Counted from the whole stretch's first letter, positions 25,140 to 38,410 are shown. The stretch is DNA of 63,977 nucleotides, filler included, from Chiloscyllium plagiosum (GCF_004010195.1; 6 parts of one record of this genome joined end to end with filler, not necessarily neighbours in it), one strand, 5' to 3'. Notes: generated from the sequence alone by a model not told the origin. A program made the numbers and translations.

Positions 25140-28100
25140 GAACCAAACAAAAAGCGATAATATGCATTCTTCGAACTCTCACTGAGGATCAGCACCAATA
25201 GCTGTGGGGAAAAATGTGGCATAAAAAGCTAAACGGTGCAATTGCTGAATCAGTAAAGAAAACTCCAAAAACAAAGCCGAGGCGATTCAAGAAAGTGCAC
25301 ACCCTCAGCAGTGGGTGCGTATGGAGTTAACACCTGATCTTTATTAAGGATTCGCCTCTGGGGGTAAAGTCTAGCGAGAACGAACAGGGGGACTTGGAAG
25401 AGAAGTTATCATTTTGAGCGATACAGCATCGAACCAGTGGCTGGTAGTAAGGGATAAGCGAATTTGCACTCTTACTGATTTGTTCCTCGAGAGTGTGCGA
25501 ATTTATGGGATAGGTAGACAGGAATTTAGCGTTCCCTATGTAAGATCAGATTAGACTGTCAGCTGAAGACTGGGGAGTTTACAGTGATAGTGTTTGGCAG
25601 AAGTAAGTTCCAGGAATTCAGTTTGTTCTTGGTAATGAGTTAAGAAGGTTCAAGTTGGCAGTGACTCCCTTTTTTGTGGAGAAGTCCAAGGAAGATCAAG
25701 AAACCGAGGAGATAAAACGGAAGTAAACTGGTATTAAATTTCCCAGATTGTGTATTAACCAGGTCCAATATCAGAAGTCACCGCACGAGCAAAAACGAAA
25801 GAGACAGTTGAATGAACGGTGGTTCAGATCGTGGACACCCTGTTTGATGTAATCGCGATGGACAAAACTAAACAGGCAGAGGGTCAGATATCTTCCATTC
25901 ATATTCCGAAAAGGAGGCAGAGGATATTCCTGAGGGTAATTATCTAAGAGCTAAAATCCTTAGACGGAAATGAAGACCAGGGCAGTTTCGGCGCAATGAA
26001 AAATCGGCAGAAGTGGACCAGATTGTGTAAACGGTAGCATATGGAGCGAAGGTGTTACTGGCACCACATAACCTAACTGTAGAAAGTCACCTAGATGTAC
26101 GAAAGACTCAAGCCCTTGTGTAAAATCATTTTCATTGGGCTAGAATGCACAAGGATATAGTTAATTGTTCCCATACGTGTCAGACATGCCAAATGGCAGT
26201 TAAGCCAGAGGCGATACAAAGACCAGCGCCTCATCCCCTGCTGAGAACTGACAGTGGGAACCAATATTTTCTAACCATAATGGATGTAGTTCCATTACGG
26301 AGTATCAAGGCAAAAGGATTGGTAGAGGTGGAAGGGAAATTAGTTCACACGCCATGGGCAACCCAGATAGATTCAATTGTACCAAGGGTCTACTTTACTG
26401 CGAGGCTGTTAAAAAGAGGTCATGGATAGCTTTGATATACAGCAGTTTAAATAAAGTTTGTATTAACCTGAATCCCAGGGAGCTTTAGAAAGGTAGCCTC
26501 AGACATTGAAGACCATGTTGAGGGCATACTGTCAGGATTACCTGAATAATTGAGATAAACGTATCTCATTCCTATCATTTGCCATTCGAGATGCCCCAAA
26601 CGATTCTACTAATTTTGCAAAATTCGAGTTAACGTTCTGACATGAGGTGAAAGGCCCTTTGGAATTAATTGAAGAGAAATTGACAGGACCAAAGTAATGG
26701 ATCTTTCACTTAGGTGAAGTATCATGGAGAGAGATACATTAAATCGTGTAGGGGAGTTAGTTAAACACCGAAAGAGGGTACAACCAACAATGAAGCAGGT
26801 TGCAGATGAAAACACTGTGCCTCGGAGGTTTTCCCGTGCGATGGCGTATTACTATTGTTACCAGTGATAGGAGCTCTCTTCAAAGCCAGTTTTATTGGTT
26901 CTTATCAAATTGAAGAAAGTTGAGTCAGCTGAACTATCTAATAAAGATGCCAGACAGAAAAAAAAACTGTGTATTGAATGTGACGAGAGCATGTTGAAAC
27001 CATAATATACAGGAGAGAAAGAACTGGAGAAATGGGTTTTAGTTACTTCCCCGCAGAGAAAGGAATCAAATTCAGATATTGTTGATTTTGATGTGCCTCA
27101 AACTATTGTTTAAAAAATGAATAAATCTTGGAGGAGTGGGATAGGTTAGTAAACTATCTGTCGCAGGAGCAAAGAGCCCAATTGAAAGGTTTGTTACGGC
27201 AGTATGAGGACATATGTAGGAATCAAAGAGGAGGACTAATGCTATTGCTCAGGGAATGATGTTCCAATAAAAGAACATTCCTATTGGGTTCATCGTTTCA
27301 AACTCAGACAGGTATTGAATGAGGCATGTTCAATGACGGTGCCATTGAACAATGCCAGCGAGAGTGGAGTTCACTGATCGTCTGAATTACCAAACCCGGA
27401 TGTGACTCAGCGATTTTGCTTGGCTTATCAGAAGGTCAATACTGTAACAGAATTGGACATATGTGCAATACAGCGATTGGAGAATTGTGTTGAGAAAGTT
27501 GGACAAGTTAGTCAAATCATTAAGTTATACTTTCTGCGTGGTTATTAGCAGGTAACTTTACCAGAAACGGCGAAAGAAATGTCTGTGTTTGTATACTCAA
27601 ATGGGTTATATCAAACCACATTGATACACCCGCCACGTTCCACACCCTCATGAACAGAGTTGTGACTGCGTTAATACACTGTGCAGTCTATTTAGGTGTT
27701 GTAAGTGCAGGACATACCACGCGGTATAAATGGCAGAACTGTTGAATGACTACAAATGTCAAAACCGGTAATAAACTTAAGCAAAACTGAATTCGTGAAA
27801 GGAGAGATGACGTTCTTGCTACATAACATCGGTCATGGAAGGCTAACCCCACGGAATGCAAGGACCAAGGCCATCTCGGAATTTCTTCAACCAAGTTCGA
27901 AGAATAAAGTGCTTCGATTTTTGCAAATAAGCAGATCCTGTCAGAAGATTGTTCAAAGGTCTTGCGCAGTGACACAAATAACAGATTTGATGAAGATGAA
28001 CAGAACATTAACGTGGACAGAAGAATGCCTGGATGCATTTGCACCTTTAGAAGCAATTTTAACCAGGACACCAGTTTTAGCTGCACCAAACCATTCGAAC

Positions 28101-28568
28101 CCCTCAACGTTGCCATCGATGTTAATGACACAGGAGTTAGAGCTGTATTGCTACAGGAAGGTAATGATGGAATTGAACAGCCAGTTGGTTACTTTTCCAG
28201 AGGAAATACTCCACGATCGAAAAATAACAACTGTGCTTGGCCTTGGCTTTGCAACATTTTAATGTGCACGTTATGAACAATTTGTCAGAGATGGTCCTGT
28301 TCATGGATCACAATCTCCTGCCATTCTTGGAACGCTTTTCAAACAAGAATATGAGAATGCTTCATTGGCGTCTCATGTAGCAGATATTTAATTTACACAT
28401 CCTGAATGCTGTGAGTCGTAAGAATATAAGTGCATATGCGCTTTCGCAAATTGAACTGATAAAGTATACACATGTAGTTATATGTCTGTCATGGGAATGT
28501 GGTTGAGGAATACAAAAATAAGAAGCCACATTTTCAACATGATGGTTCATTTTTTCTTTAGTGGAGGT
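25140..28568 (+). mobile_element. Decayed Gypsy LTR retrotransposon internal region with Gmr1-type order PR-INT-RT-RH
   Basis: Protease-like ILSDTAS at ~25410. Integrase HHCC (HWARMHKDIVNCSHTCQTCQ, ~26130-26190) and core (ESQGALER, ~26470). RT at ~27260-27750 (EWSS, YQKVN, ENCVEKVG). RNase H VAIDVNDTGVRAVLLQE..PVGYFS at ~28110, ending AYALSQI at ~28450. Confidence 0.88.
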
Positions 28569-29444
28569 TGGTACGAAGTTATAAACATGTCCTGTAACGT
28601 TAATGGAGCTGACACTTCTGACTTGCAAAGAGTGTTGTGAAAGATTTAACAATGTAACAATTTGGTTGTGAAACAAATACCTGGAGCAGCAGTGTCATGG
28701 TGTACAACAAATTCAAATTCGCACAATCAGTTTAAATTATAGCCCAGAAGCCAAAATCAAACCGAATTTGAATGTTACTCTTTTGTGTTACATCGTACCA
28801 CTGAGTCGGTCCGATGTTTTGTGGGTTCATCACCAGGACTTGAACAGTTTGGGTCTTGGACTTGTGATTTGAATACGTTTAGACAGATTCAGTCTGTCAT
28901 TTGGACAGATTTGTGTATATTTGCCTTGCAGATTAGTACCCCAGATAATTAAATGGAAAGTAGGTGAGATATTTTCTTTACTTTCTGTGACTTGTGGTTG
29001 TTTCAATTAAAGTTTAGAGAAGCGGCTCTTCAAATTTCGAAACAGGTTTTGGGATTTGAAGATGATTCTCAAATTTGCCATGAATTTTTGAGGGAAAGAA
29101 AAGTGTCATACTTTTAGAACAGAAAAGCGCAGCCAAACACCAACAGCCTGCCAGCAGGATCATTCTCTGAAAGGTACCTGGCTGTCAGAAAATTGTGTCG
29201 CAGACCGAAGATGACCTCCAGGAACATACACAGGAGGGTCGACACGGAAGACGACAACTGGTTTTGTAAATTTAAGTGTGAACTTTCATACCAGTATTGT
29301 ATAATGGCAAATAAAAAAAAAGGTTTAAGAGAACGGAGTTGTCTCAGGTCATATCCGAAACTTTGCCTTTATGACCCCTCTGGAAAAAAAAGCTGAGGAA
29401 AACATAACCTTGTTAACCTTGTTAAAACATAACCTTGTATAACA
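28569..29444 (+). repeat. Candidate 3' LTR of the Gmr1-like element
   Basis: Follows a degenerate PPT-like tagtggagg and ends at ..tataaca. No partner LTR in the window confirms the boundaries. Confidence 0.4.
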
Positions 29445-29616
29445 ATAGAATTTTTTTTTAAATTGAAAAGGTTTAACTAAAACTTTTCTATACGATGAGG
29501 TGATTATTGTCAGTCTCCATGGATCCTAATTTTCTCAGAAGGTTTCCATCATCTATTAATAGTCGACACCTATCGCTGTTTTCCCCCAAAACATCAGCGG
29601 CAGCATCACCCGCGAC

Positions 29617-29827
29617 ATGATAAGGAATCATCAGCTGCATAGAGAGGAACAGAAAGACCAGAATCTTACAGCAACAGACTGGAATTTTAAAGTAATGGAT
29701 CGAAGTTTGTCTTTAGGTATTTACAATCTTTCTCAAGGTTTGCCATCGTTAACAATGCAGATAAGGTTTATACTTTGGGTGATGCAAGCTGGTTACTATC
29801 CAATCCTCGCTATTGTTGGTCTTCCTG
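29617..29827 (+). CDS. First coding exon of a probable GPR139-like class A GPCR (N-terminus and start of TM1); partial gene
   Basis: Open frame MIRNH..IRFILWVMQAGYYPILAIVGLP, then G|GTAAGT donor at 29828 (phase 1). YYPILAIVGLP matches the TM1 start YY..L..(I/L)G(L/V)P-(A/V)N of GPR139/142-type receptors. N-glycosylation sequons NLT and NLS are present. Alternative start ATG at 29695. Confidence 0.75.
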
Positions 29828-30343
29828 GTAAGTTACTTCATCTGACTACTAATTCAATAAAGATGCAGAACTAGCTTAATTACATCGTTATTAAAACGCT
29901 GAAAAGATGGATTCAATTGCCATTATGTCGACCCACAAACACCATTTTTTTTATCAATCAAGACCAACTCCATTGTCTGAAGAGGAACCAAACTGTTCAA
30001 AACGCGATCAGTGCTATTGCTCTCAATTGACTTTATTTTTGTCGCCATAATTTTAGTCAGCCTTGATCCCTTTCGCTTCCTGGTCGATATTAACCCAAGT
30101 TTCAACTTTGTTCTCACTCCAGCTGCTGACTAAATCTTCTTTGTTCTCTTTGTTGAGACCAGACACGAATGATCCAATTCTCTTCTCACGACACTACCAC
30201 CCACAAGTAAATCGACTGGAAACTTTAACTATTATGAAAGACAACAAAAAATACATGAGTCCCTTCCCTATGACGTTTCCATCCGATCAAAATCACTTTC
30301 ATTTTCGTATGCATCCACTTCGCTGTCGAAGTGTCTTTTTTAT

Positions 30344-30428
30344 CTCTCTCTCTGTTTGTGTTTGTGTGTTTGTGTGTGTGTGCGTATGTGTGCGTGTGCG
30401 GGTGCCTGCGCATTGCGTGTGTATGTGT
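30344..30428 (+). repeat. (TC)n/(TG)n imperfect microsatellite
   Basis: tctctctctctgtttgtgtttgtgtgtttgtgtgtgtgtgcgt... Confidence 0.9.
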
Positions 30429-31099
30429 TCTGCCCTTTAACTTGGTTCTTTGCTTCACGGACGACCTTTTTCAGACATAAGAACTGCTGACCTGCAGAAA
30501 ATGGTGCGAGCTACGCTGCCAACCACTTCTGTGGAGAAACGAACTGTCCATTTTGCAGGTTGAGAGGAGAAAGTGATCATGATTCATCAGAAGAGAAGAT
30601 GAATAGAAAACAGGGAAGATAGAGCAAGTGAGGGTTTCCAATAATTCCCGAGATGGCATCCCGTGCATGCGCAGCAGTTGATGTCCTTCTCTCATGGAGA
30701 TTTAGGGGAGACGCTGTGAATGGTTTGTTGTACAACTGTTAAATAGATTCAATGAAGATCTGGAAGTTAACTGTCAATTTGAGCAAACAGTGAAACGGGG
30801 ACAAACTTTCTTTTAAAAGTGAGGAGGAGGAAATGTGATAGCCAACGTCCTCTAAATTTTCCAGGAAAACTTTTCAATTTAGCGATAATCCAGGAGTCCA
30901 GTGTAACACAAATGTCCTCCGGCAAGAAGTGATTTCAAAGGAGCCACATTCCGTTCAACAAACTTGGCGTCTCACACGACAGTGATGACGTTGATGCCCA
31001 CGGCTACAATAGTTACCGTTCTCTTGATTTTCCATGAACCCCAAACTCCAAGGCAGAAGTGGGGATATCCCTGTATGTTGTTCAATAATTTTTCGAAAT

Positions 31100-33190
31100 G
31101 TTGAACGTCATGATGCCTGGCGAAGATGAAGATACTGTTTCTGTCTTAATCAAGGGCTGTCGAAAAATTTCCAGTCGCATCGGTGACTTAAGTAATTTGT
31201 TTTCATTTTTTTTTGTCAATTCGTTAATTTGAGGTGAGTGCCATTTACCGAGCCAAAAGTTATATTTAGTCACTAGTTGTCTCAGGAAAAATAGTATTTG
31301 CTGCGTTAATGATCTGCTGCCGTGCTCCTCAGGATGGACGTGCTTGTTGGTTTCGACCGTGCTGTCACAGTACGTTTAGTGATTTTTCCAGTGCACGTGG
31401 TAAACAGAACTCGTAAGGAACTGCTTGAAGTTAGTAATAATGAAAAGAAGGTAGTTGAGAAAGAAATCGTGTCAGAACATGCATAGAGACTAATCATCGA
31501 CCATGTGATTGGAAAAAATTATGACAAATACAAAATTATGTGGTTAAATGGGAATTTATTCACGATTAATTGCATAGAATTAATAAGAGTCCACAGTGAC
31601 TTAAAAAAAAGCAGTAGGATCGAAATGTTCTCATGCGAGAATTTTAAGCCATGTTTGTGCAGATGTAGTAAGTAATAAGGAAGATTCATCTGTTATTGTC
31701 AGCAGAATTGAATATACGTTTAGAGCACAAAGCGGTAATATTCAGGATTCCAGTGATTTCATAACCTCAGTTGGCTGGGAGTCGGATTCGCAGTACAGAA
31801 TGATGACCATTGTATGATTTGAATTCCCGCTCCAGCTAATTTGCTGAAGTGTTGAATTCATTGGCGAGCTCGGCCGCAATGATTATCTAACCAATGAACA
31901 GCATATTATGTTCAAGGTAGCATTTCCACATTGGGCGCCCTGTCACTGGAGAATTCCAGAGGGATCGAAGCTGGGGCTTAAATTATTTTGAGTTTGAATC
32001 ACAAATAAAGAAACCTTGCTTCTAAGTTCCGTTGGTACATCGGCATGGAAATGCATTGTTTGTCATTAATTCAAAGCAGTGGTGCATACAGATCATGTCA
32101 TAAGTAGACCAGCCTCTCTCTGACCAAAGCTGCAACACGATGAACAGTTATGGTCGTCTTATGTAACGAAATAGATCCCAGTGATTTAAGAAGCACAGGA
32201 CGTATGCCAGTGAAGGTTCAGAAAGGTTATCGAGGATGTTGAGGTGCTTTCACACGAGTCGAACTTGATAGTTTGAGCAGGTATTCATTGGAGTTTGTTA
32301 AAATAATAAAAGATCAACATGAGGAAGAGAAATACAAGACTATTTGTGCGCTTTTCAGATAGTTGTCAAAAGATGATTTCACCTTGTGGGAGATTCTGTG
32401 TCTGGAGAAAATATCTTCAGATAAAATCATCACATTTATGACATAGACATCGAAGACTTCTTCTGTCAGAGAACATTGAAATAAAAGGTTTTCCAAGGTT
32501 TGTCTGGAATTATATTCAATCTTGATGGTGGACAGATGTTCAAGTACTCGGGGAATGAAGAACTATGAGGATAAGATAGAGAGATGCATTTGAGAATGCA
32601 GTGATTACTAGACCAACAACTGAGGTGGGAATTGTCGTTCAGTTCACCACGTTTCATCCAACAGACGGCTATGGTGATAAGGATCGGGAGTGGGATTAGA
32701 GAAGTAGCACTTGAGGGAATTTGGGTCCAGGGACTTGGCGAATGGCTTTCTAATTCTTGGTACAGTTCTATGATCCGATTATCAAATCAGACACGATGTT
32801 GGCGAGCCGGTTTGGTGGTCTGAAAGAATCATTTCTGAAGCTATCTGTTAATGTCGTACTCTGATTTCGTGGGTCATTGACGGAGTAAAACTGGAGAAAA
32901 TGATTTAATTTACGTATGAATCGAAATTCCTGTCTAAACATCAGGCGTTTCCATTGCGGTTACTTTCTTCTTCTTAAATGCAGTGATGTTTTCCAATTTT
33001 GTGCTTGGAAAGGTAGTGGAGGAAATACCCATTCATATTTTTAGGGCCCAGGTCGATCTGTTGTCCTTCAACAAATGGGTGAAACGTTATCAGGAACAGG
33101 CAGGAATGCGGATTGAACGTTATTGTCAGTTCATCTATGATCTAATTGAATCGGGTGCAGGGTGCAGAGACTGAATGACTCACTGGTCAT
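31100..33190 (+). mobile_element. Highly decayed CR1 remnants
   Basis: Degenerate gtcactggagaattccagagggatcgaagctgggg (RT B' region, ~31940) and CR1-like 3' UTR ends at ~32800 and ~33170. Confidence 0.5.
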
Positions 33191-33759
33191 TATGATGCGT
33201 GAGTTTGTCTGTACAGAAACAAAAGATTCATAACCTCCATATACATGGAAGTAAACAAAGGAATATGAAACCTTCCATTGATATAAAACGGATGAGCCAT
33301 ACATTAAATAAATTGTAGCTGGAATCATCACAAGATGAAAACTCATTTTCATGGTCACAGTGTTAGGACAGTGGAGACATTTCCAAACGTCAATAATTGC
33401 CCCTCACTCTCTTCTAAACTCCCATACAAACGAGGTCGACTTTCCTCATGAAAAAGCTCATGCATGTCTGGCACGAATTAGGTACATTGTCTCTGGAATG
33501 TATTCATAGCATGTCCGTAATTAACAGAATTATTGAGCAAAAATGAACAGGCGATTCATGATATGGTTTCTGGATCACAGTACCTTTACTCACATGGACA
33601 AAACACTGTCGATAAATTGTCAGTGAGGGATGAAGAAAGCATTTTTTTTCCTGCTCTTCGGTTATTTTGACAATCAATGTGGTGAAAGTTATATTATTAT
33701 CAAAGTAGTTCTGTCCTTATCCCAACCGTCAAATAAATGATTTAACTAACTGGAAGATA

Positions 33760-34300
33760 TGTCATGATAAGTTCACTTCTCCTTCTGGCTCATAATGGGA
33801 TCCAAGTTCCATCTGATCTCCTCAATCTCGTCAGTGCTCAGTGAGATTTTGATCCATCTCTGAATCGATGACTGAACCTGGACCATTACGTCGGTCTTCT
33901 ACTTCACACAGAGATGAGTTTCTGATCACATTTGAAGTCGGTTAGCACAACCGCGTAATTTGACCACCATTACTTCACCAACCTCTGTCGATGTCTATCT
34001 TCCTCTATGACTGCAACATTCATGCACGTCGGTTGCAGCTGCAGACTCACTTATTCCAATATACGTCTCAATGACATTCTGCACAACCCTCTTCAGCTCA
34101 TCCACAACTCTTCTGCCTAGAACCAAATTACACAGAGTACTGTTCACCCATCACTTCTCCCCTCACTGACCTACACTGGCTTTCATTATGCTAACGCGTC
34201 CATATTAATATTCGCTGCCTTTGTCGGGACCACCTCAAACGTCACTCCACAAATGAGTCCCATTCCCACATCGTTTGCATGCTCATTTTGACCCTTTTCC
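33760..34300 (+). mobile_element. L2 LINE 3' fragment
   Basis: Remnants TFMH..QLIHNSSA..SPIT..LTDLHWL, typical of the L2 ORF2 C-terminus (LQLIQNSAAR..ITPVL..LHWLP). Confidence 0.7.
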
Positions 34301-35114
34301 TTTTCCGAAATTATCCAAATCTGTTTTTTCGACTAAATGCCCTTTTTCTTTATTTCTTTCCTTGACCAGGAACTTGGACTCTGTCGAGTTAATAGTGCTG
34401 GATTGAGGAAATTCGGAAATAATGATATTGTGCAATGTGTGTATTCACTTCCCATTGTATGCTGAGGAGTTCCCTGTTGAACAGGCAGTTTGTGTCCTTG
34501 TGACACTCCTCTTTGCAAGTTGTACTGCTTCTCTTATTTGATGGTTTGCTTGTCATTTTGAGTTAATTATGCGTTCACTCAAATAAGGAAGCCGCATTCC
34601 TCGCCTCCAACCCATACGCCTCAGGTTGGATGTCTGGCAAGAAATAGTAGCTAAGCAGAAACGAGGGTGCGTTTGAAATACTTATTGATTATGTACGGAT
34701 GGAAAATAGAATAAGGGGAAAGTCAACTGATGAACAGAAGCATATATGTCAAGAAATATTATATAACTCTTCGCTCAGAATGCCAGAAAGAACTCAATCA
34801 GATGACAGATCACACACGATTAATGAATGTGGCTATTGAATATCGGATTTTTAAAAAAAATACACTAGCGACTGGCAACTGGTGGTAGGCCTGAGAACTG
34901 GAATTAGTTATGGATCCAGCAGCAATGGCTGAAAACATAATCGTTCGTGGAAACTTTAATGAAGAAAGCAAATCCTTAAGAATTATTTTCGGATACATGG
35001 AGATTGCGACCAGCAAGTTGCAAACGCGAAAGTGTAAATGACAAATAGTTAAAATCAATATTTATTTTTTAAAGAACCCAAGAAGTATCCTATGTGTTAA
35101 AGGTGTGAAGGATT

Positions 35115-37100
35115 TTTTTAATTGTTCATTTGCAGGATATGAGTGTTGCTGGCTGACCACTATTTATTGCCTTTTCCCGGTTGCCTTGAGAAGGTGGTTG
35201 TGGGCTGTATTCTACCTGCTGTGAGTTGACCCATAACGAGATTAGGGTGGGAATTCCAGGATTTTAACTGAGTGACAATGAAGTCAGAGAGATAGACTTC
35301 CAATTCAACATTGTGACTGGCCTGTTGGGGTTCTTTCAAGTGATTGCCTTCCGTTGCATATGCTGCCATTTTCCTTCCAGATGGAAGCAGTTGGTAGTTT
35401 GGAAGGTGTTCTCTGATGATCTTTGTTAAACTCTTTCAGTCGCCTCTTGCATTTCTGGACATTGTTGCTACTGCACATCAGTAGTGGAGAGAATGAATGC
35501 TCGTGGATGTGTTGTCAATCAAGCCAGCTGCTTTGTCCAGCATGATTTGAAGCTTTTTAATTGTTGTTTGCAATGCACACAGACAACCAATTTGGGTGTA
35601 TTCTGAGGCACTCCTGACTTCTAAATGTAGTTGTGCGTTTTTTTTTTGGTCGGAAGGAAGGGCAGGAGGTGAAATAATTGCCACGGTATTCCTATCTTCT
35701 AATGTGTTCTTGTAGCCCCTATGTTTATGTGGAGTTTTAGATGTAGGTTTGCTCGCTGAGCTGAATGTTTCTTTTCCAGACGTTTCATGACCTTACTATG
35801 TAACATATTCAGTGGACATTATGCAAAGCAATGCTGAAATTCCCTGCTCTCGATATGTTTGGTCTCTTTGAGTTGGTGATGTCATTTCCTTTGGTGATGT
35901 TATTTCCTGTGGGTGAAGTCACTTCCTGTTCCTTTTCTCAGGAGTTGGTAGATGGGGTCCAACTCGATATGTTTGTTGATAGAGTTCTGGTTGGAATGCC
36001 ATGCTTCTCGGAATTCTCGTGCATGTCTTTGTTTAGTGTATTAGTGGGTTTGTGGGCTACCACAATGAAAAAGGATCTGAGTCGAAATCGGCGAACTGTG
36101 TTCATTGGATATCCATTCATTTTGAACACACAAACCAGGAGTCCCCCTCAAACCTATAGTCTCGCTACCGATTTCTCAGCAACAAACCCAAACAAGAAGA
36201 CAAAACACGGCCAGAAACCAGAGCCACTCTCCCTTACATCAAAAACATTTCGGAAGTAACTTCCAGACTACTCAGACCCCTTGGCATCATGGTCACACTG
36301 AAATAGCAGCTAATGAACTTGAAAGACCCGATACAGACAATGAGCAAAACTGACGTCATTTACAAAATACCGTGCAAGGACTGTAACAAACAATACTTAG
36401 GACAACCAGGCAGAAAACTAGCCACCAGGATATATGAACACCAACTAGCCACAAAAAGACATGACCCTCTCTCACTAGCATCCTCACATACGGATGAGGA
36501 AGGACACCACTTCGACTGGGATAATACATCCATCCTAGGAGAAGCCAAACAAAGATATGCACCAGAATTCCTAGAAGCATGGCATTCCAACCAGAAGTCT
36601 ATCAATAAACACATCGATTTAGACCCCATCCACCACCCCCTGAGAAAAGAAACAGCAAGTGACTTCACCACAGGAAATAACATCACCAAAGAAATGGCAT
36701 CATCAACCCAAATAAACCCAAACATATAAATAGAAAGCAAGAAGTTTCAGCAGATGTTAACTAGTAAGGTCATGAAACGTCTGGAAATGAACGTTTCAGC
36801 TCGGCGAGCAAACCTACATCCAAAATCTCAATCAAAGCTACAAACCTTCTCAAAACTCGCTTTGTGTGGAGTGTCCAGAGAGTTCCTGTTCAATGGTAAA
36901 CCCCAGGATGTTGATAGTGAAAGTTCAAGAATGGTAACACCATCGCATACCAAAAGGCGGTGAATTGATTGTGTTTACTGATGATGGTCATTTATGTGGC
37001 ACAAATGTTACTTGCCGCTTGTCAGTCCAAGACTGGATAATGTAAAGATCTTTCTTGCACTTGAACAGGGAGATCTTCTGCATTTAATCATGATCTTGTC
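35115..37100 (-). mobile_element. CR1/L2-group LINE 3' fragment split by a Penelope insertion
   Basis: Colinear with 43020-44100 and 17100-17829; it resumes after 36860. Confidence 0.75.
35736..36860. mobile_element. Penelope/Poseidon-type element with inverted terminal pLTR arms and a GIY-YIG endonuclease remnant
   Basis: ORF 36313-36729 reads VIYKIPCKDCNKQYLGQPGRKLATRIYEH..GHHFDWDNTSIL..FLEAWHS. Arms 35736-35815 and 36750-36825 are reverse complements. Flanked by tttatgtggagt / tttgtgtggagt. Confidence 0.9.
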
Positions 37101-37249
37101 ATATGTTGAGGGAGAATATATTGGACAACAGAATGAGAGTACAGACAGGCTATTCACTGAGAGACGGTGGCCTGTTTCCAGATTTTATTTTTCGCAAGAT
37201 ACTGTTAAGATATTTTTGGCATTCGTTGAAGTGTTCTGCAACAGAATCG

Positions 37250-38410
37250 AGTCCAAGATGTTACCAGTAGACTGCAAAATGTGCCAAACGTGATGCCTTT
37301 ATTACAGAAACAACAGAGACAAAAATCAGGAAAGTAAAAGCCAGCTAACCTCGCACTGGACGTTTGGAAAATGCTAGGGCCATTATTATGGATCAAAAAA
37401 AGGTTGGCACTTATAAAAGCGTGAAACAATCAAACAGTGTTAGCTTCATTTTGTGAAAAAATATATGTTTGACAAATGCATTGATTCATTTGAAGATATG
37501 ACAAGTAGATAGGATGAAAAGTGCACCTTTCAATAGTGAATCGGGATTCTTAGAAGGCATTTGATAAGGCATACACATAAATGTTTATTGCACATTTTCG
37601 GATCTTTTGGCAGTGTATTTGCTTGGATTGACAGTTTATTAAGGCACAGGGAAGGGAGAGACGACTATTTAGTTTGTATTGGATTTGAAATACAGAACAT
37701 GTGGCATATCTTTGACAGTAAAAAGAGATGTATCCAAGTTTGATGATGCTGAAAAGTATGTTTAATGCAAGTTTTGATGAGAATATAAGGAATTTGGAAA
37801 GTGAAATTACTTGGTTCGCTGAGTGCACAAACAATTTCCAAAAGGAGCTTAGGTAACAAAGTACAAGGTCATTGTTTTTGTTTGGAAGAATAAAAAGCAC
37901 AATTATTGAATTGAAATGTAAGTACAAAGACAAGAGAGCAGCACTGGCACTTCAACAGCGAGCGAAGCACAATACTGATGCAATTAGTTGGTTCCCATAG
38001 TGAGGGCGATGATTGTCAAGGACCCCATAGTACTTCATTTATCGTTATTGAGATGAATAAGGGCTAATGTGAATGAAACATACCAGTTCCGGAGCAAGTT
38101 TAAAAATGAAAATACTGAAATTCTTCAATGCAAAGGGGAATATCGAACTAGAGAGACACATTTACAGTATAAGGGGCATTCATTTATAACTGAGATTCTA
38201 AGAAATCTATTCTCGGAAGGGTAGTGAATGCTTGGAATACATTAACAAATGGACGTAAAGGGCGAGACAATTGAAACAGCGCAAAAACGCAGATACGTTA
38301 ACAAACTGTCAGGAACCGATGACTATGAAGAATAGTCGTGAATGATGATTTGAGGCTTCCAGGAGATCATGTTAGTTGTGCAGCAGGTACTGAATGACAT
38401 ACCCATGTTC
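37250..38410 (+). mobile_element. Old CR1 RT-to-3' remnant
   Basis: Degenerate DFQKAFDK-type block gattcttagaaggcatttgataagg (~37545) and CR1 C-terminal remnants at ~38200. Confidence 0.6.

Noticed and set aside
30475..30558. AG/GT-bounded 84-nt open segment as exon 2 of the GPCR
   Set aside because: It encodes DIRTADLQKMVRATL.., which is not a TM1 continuation, and the DNA looks like an eroded Penelope pLTR.
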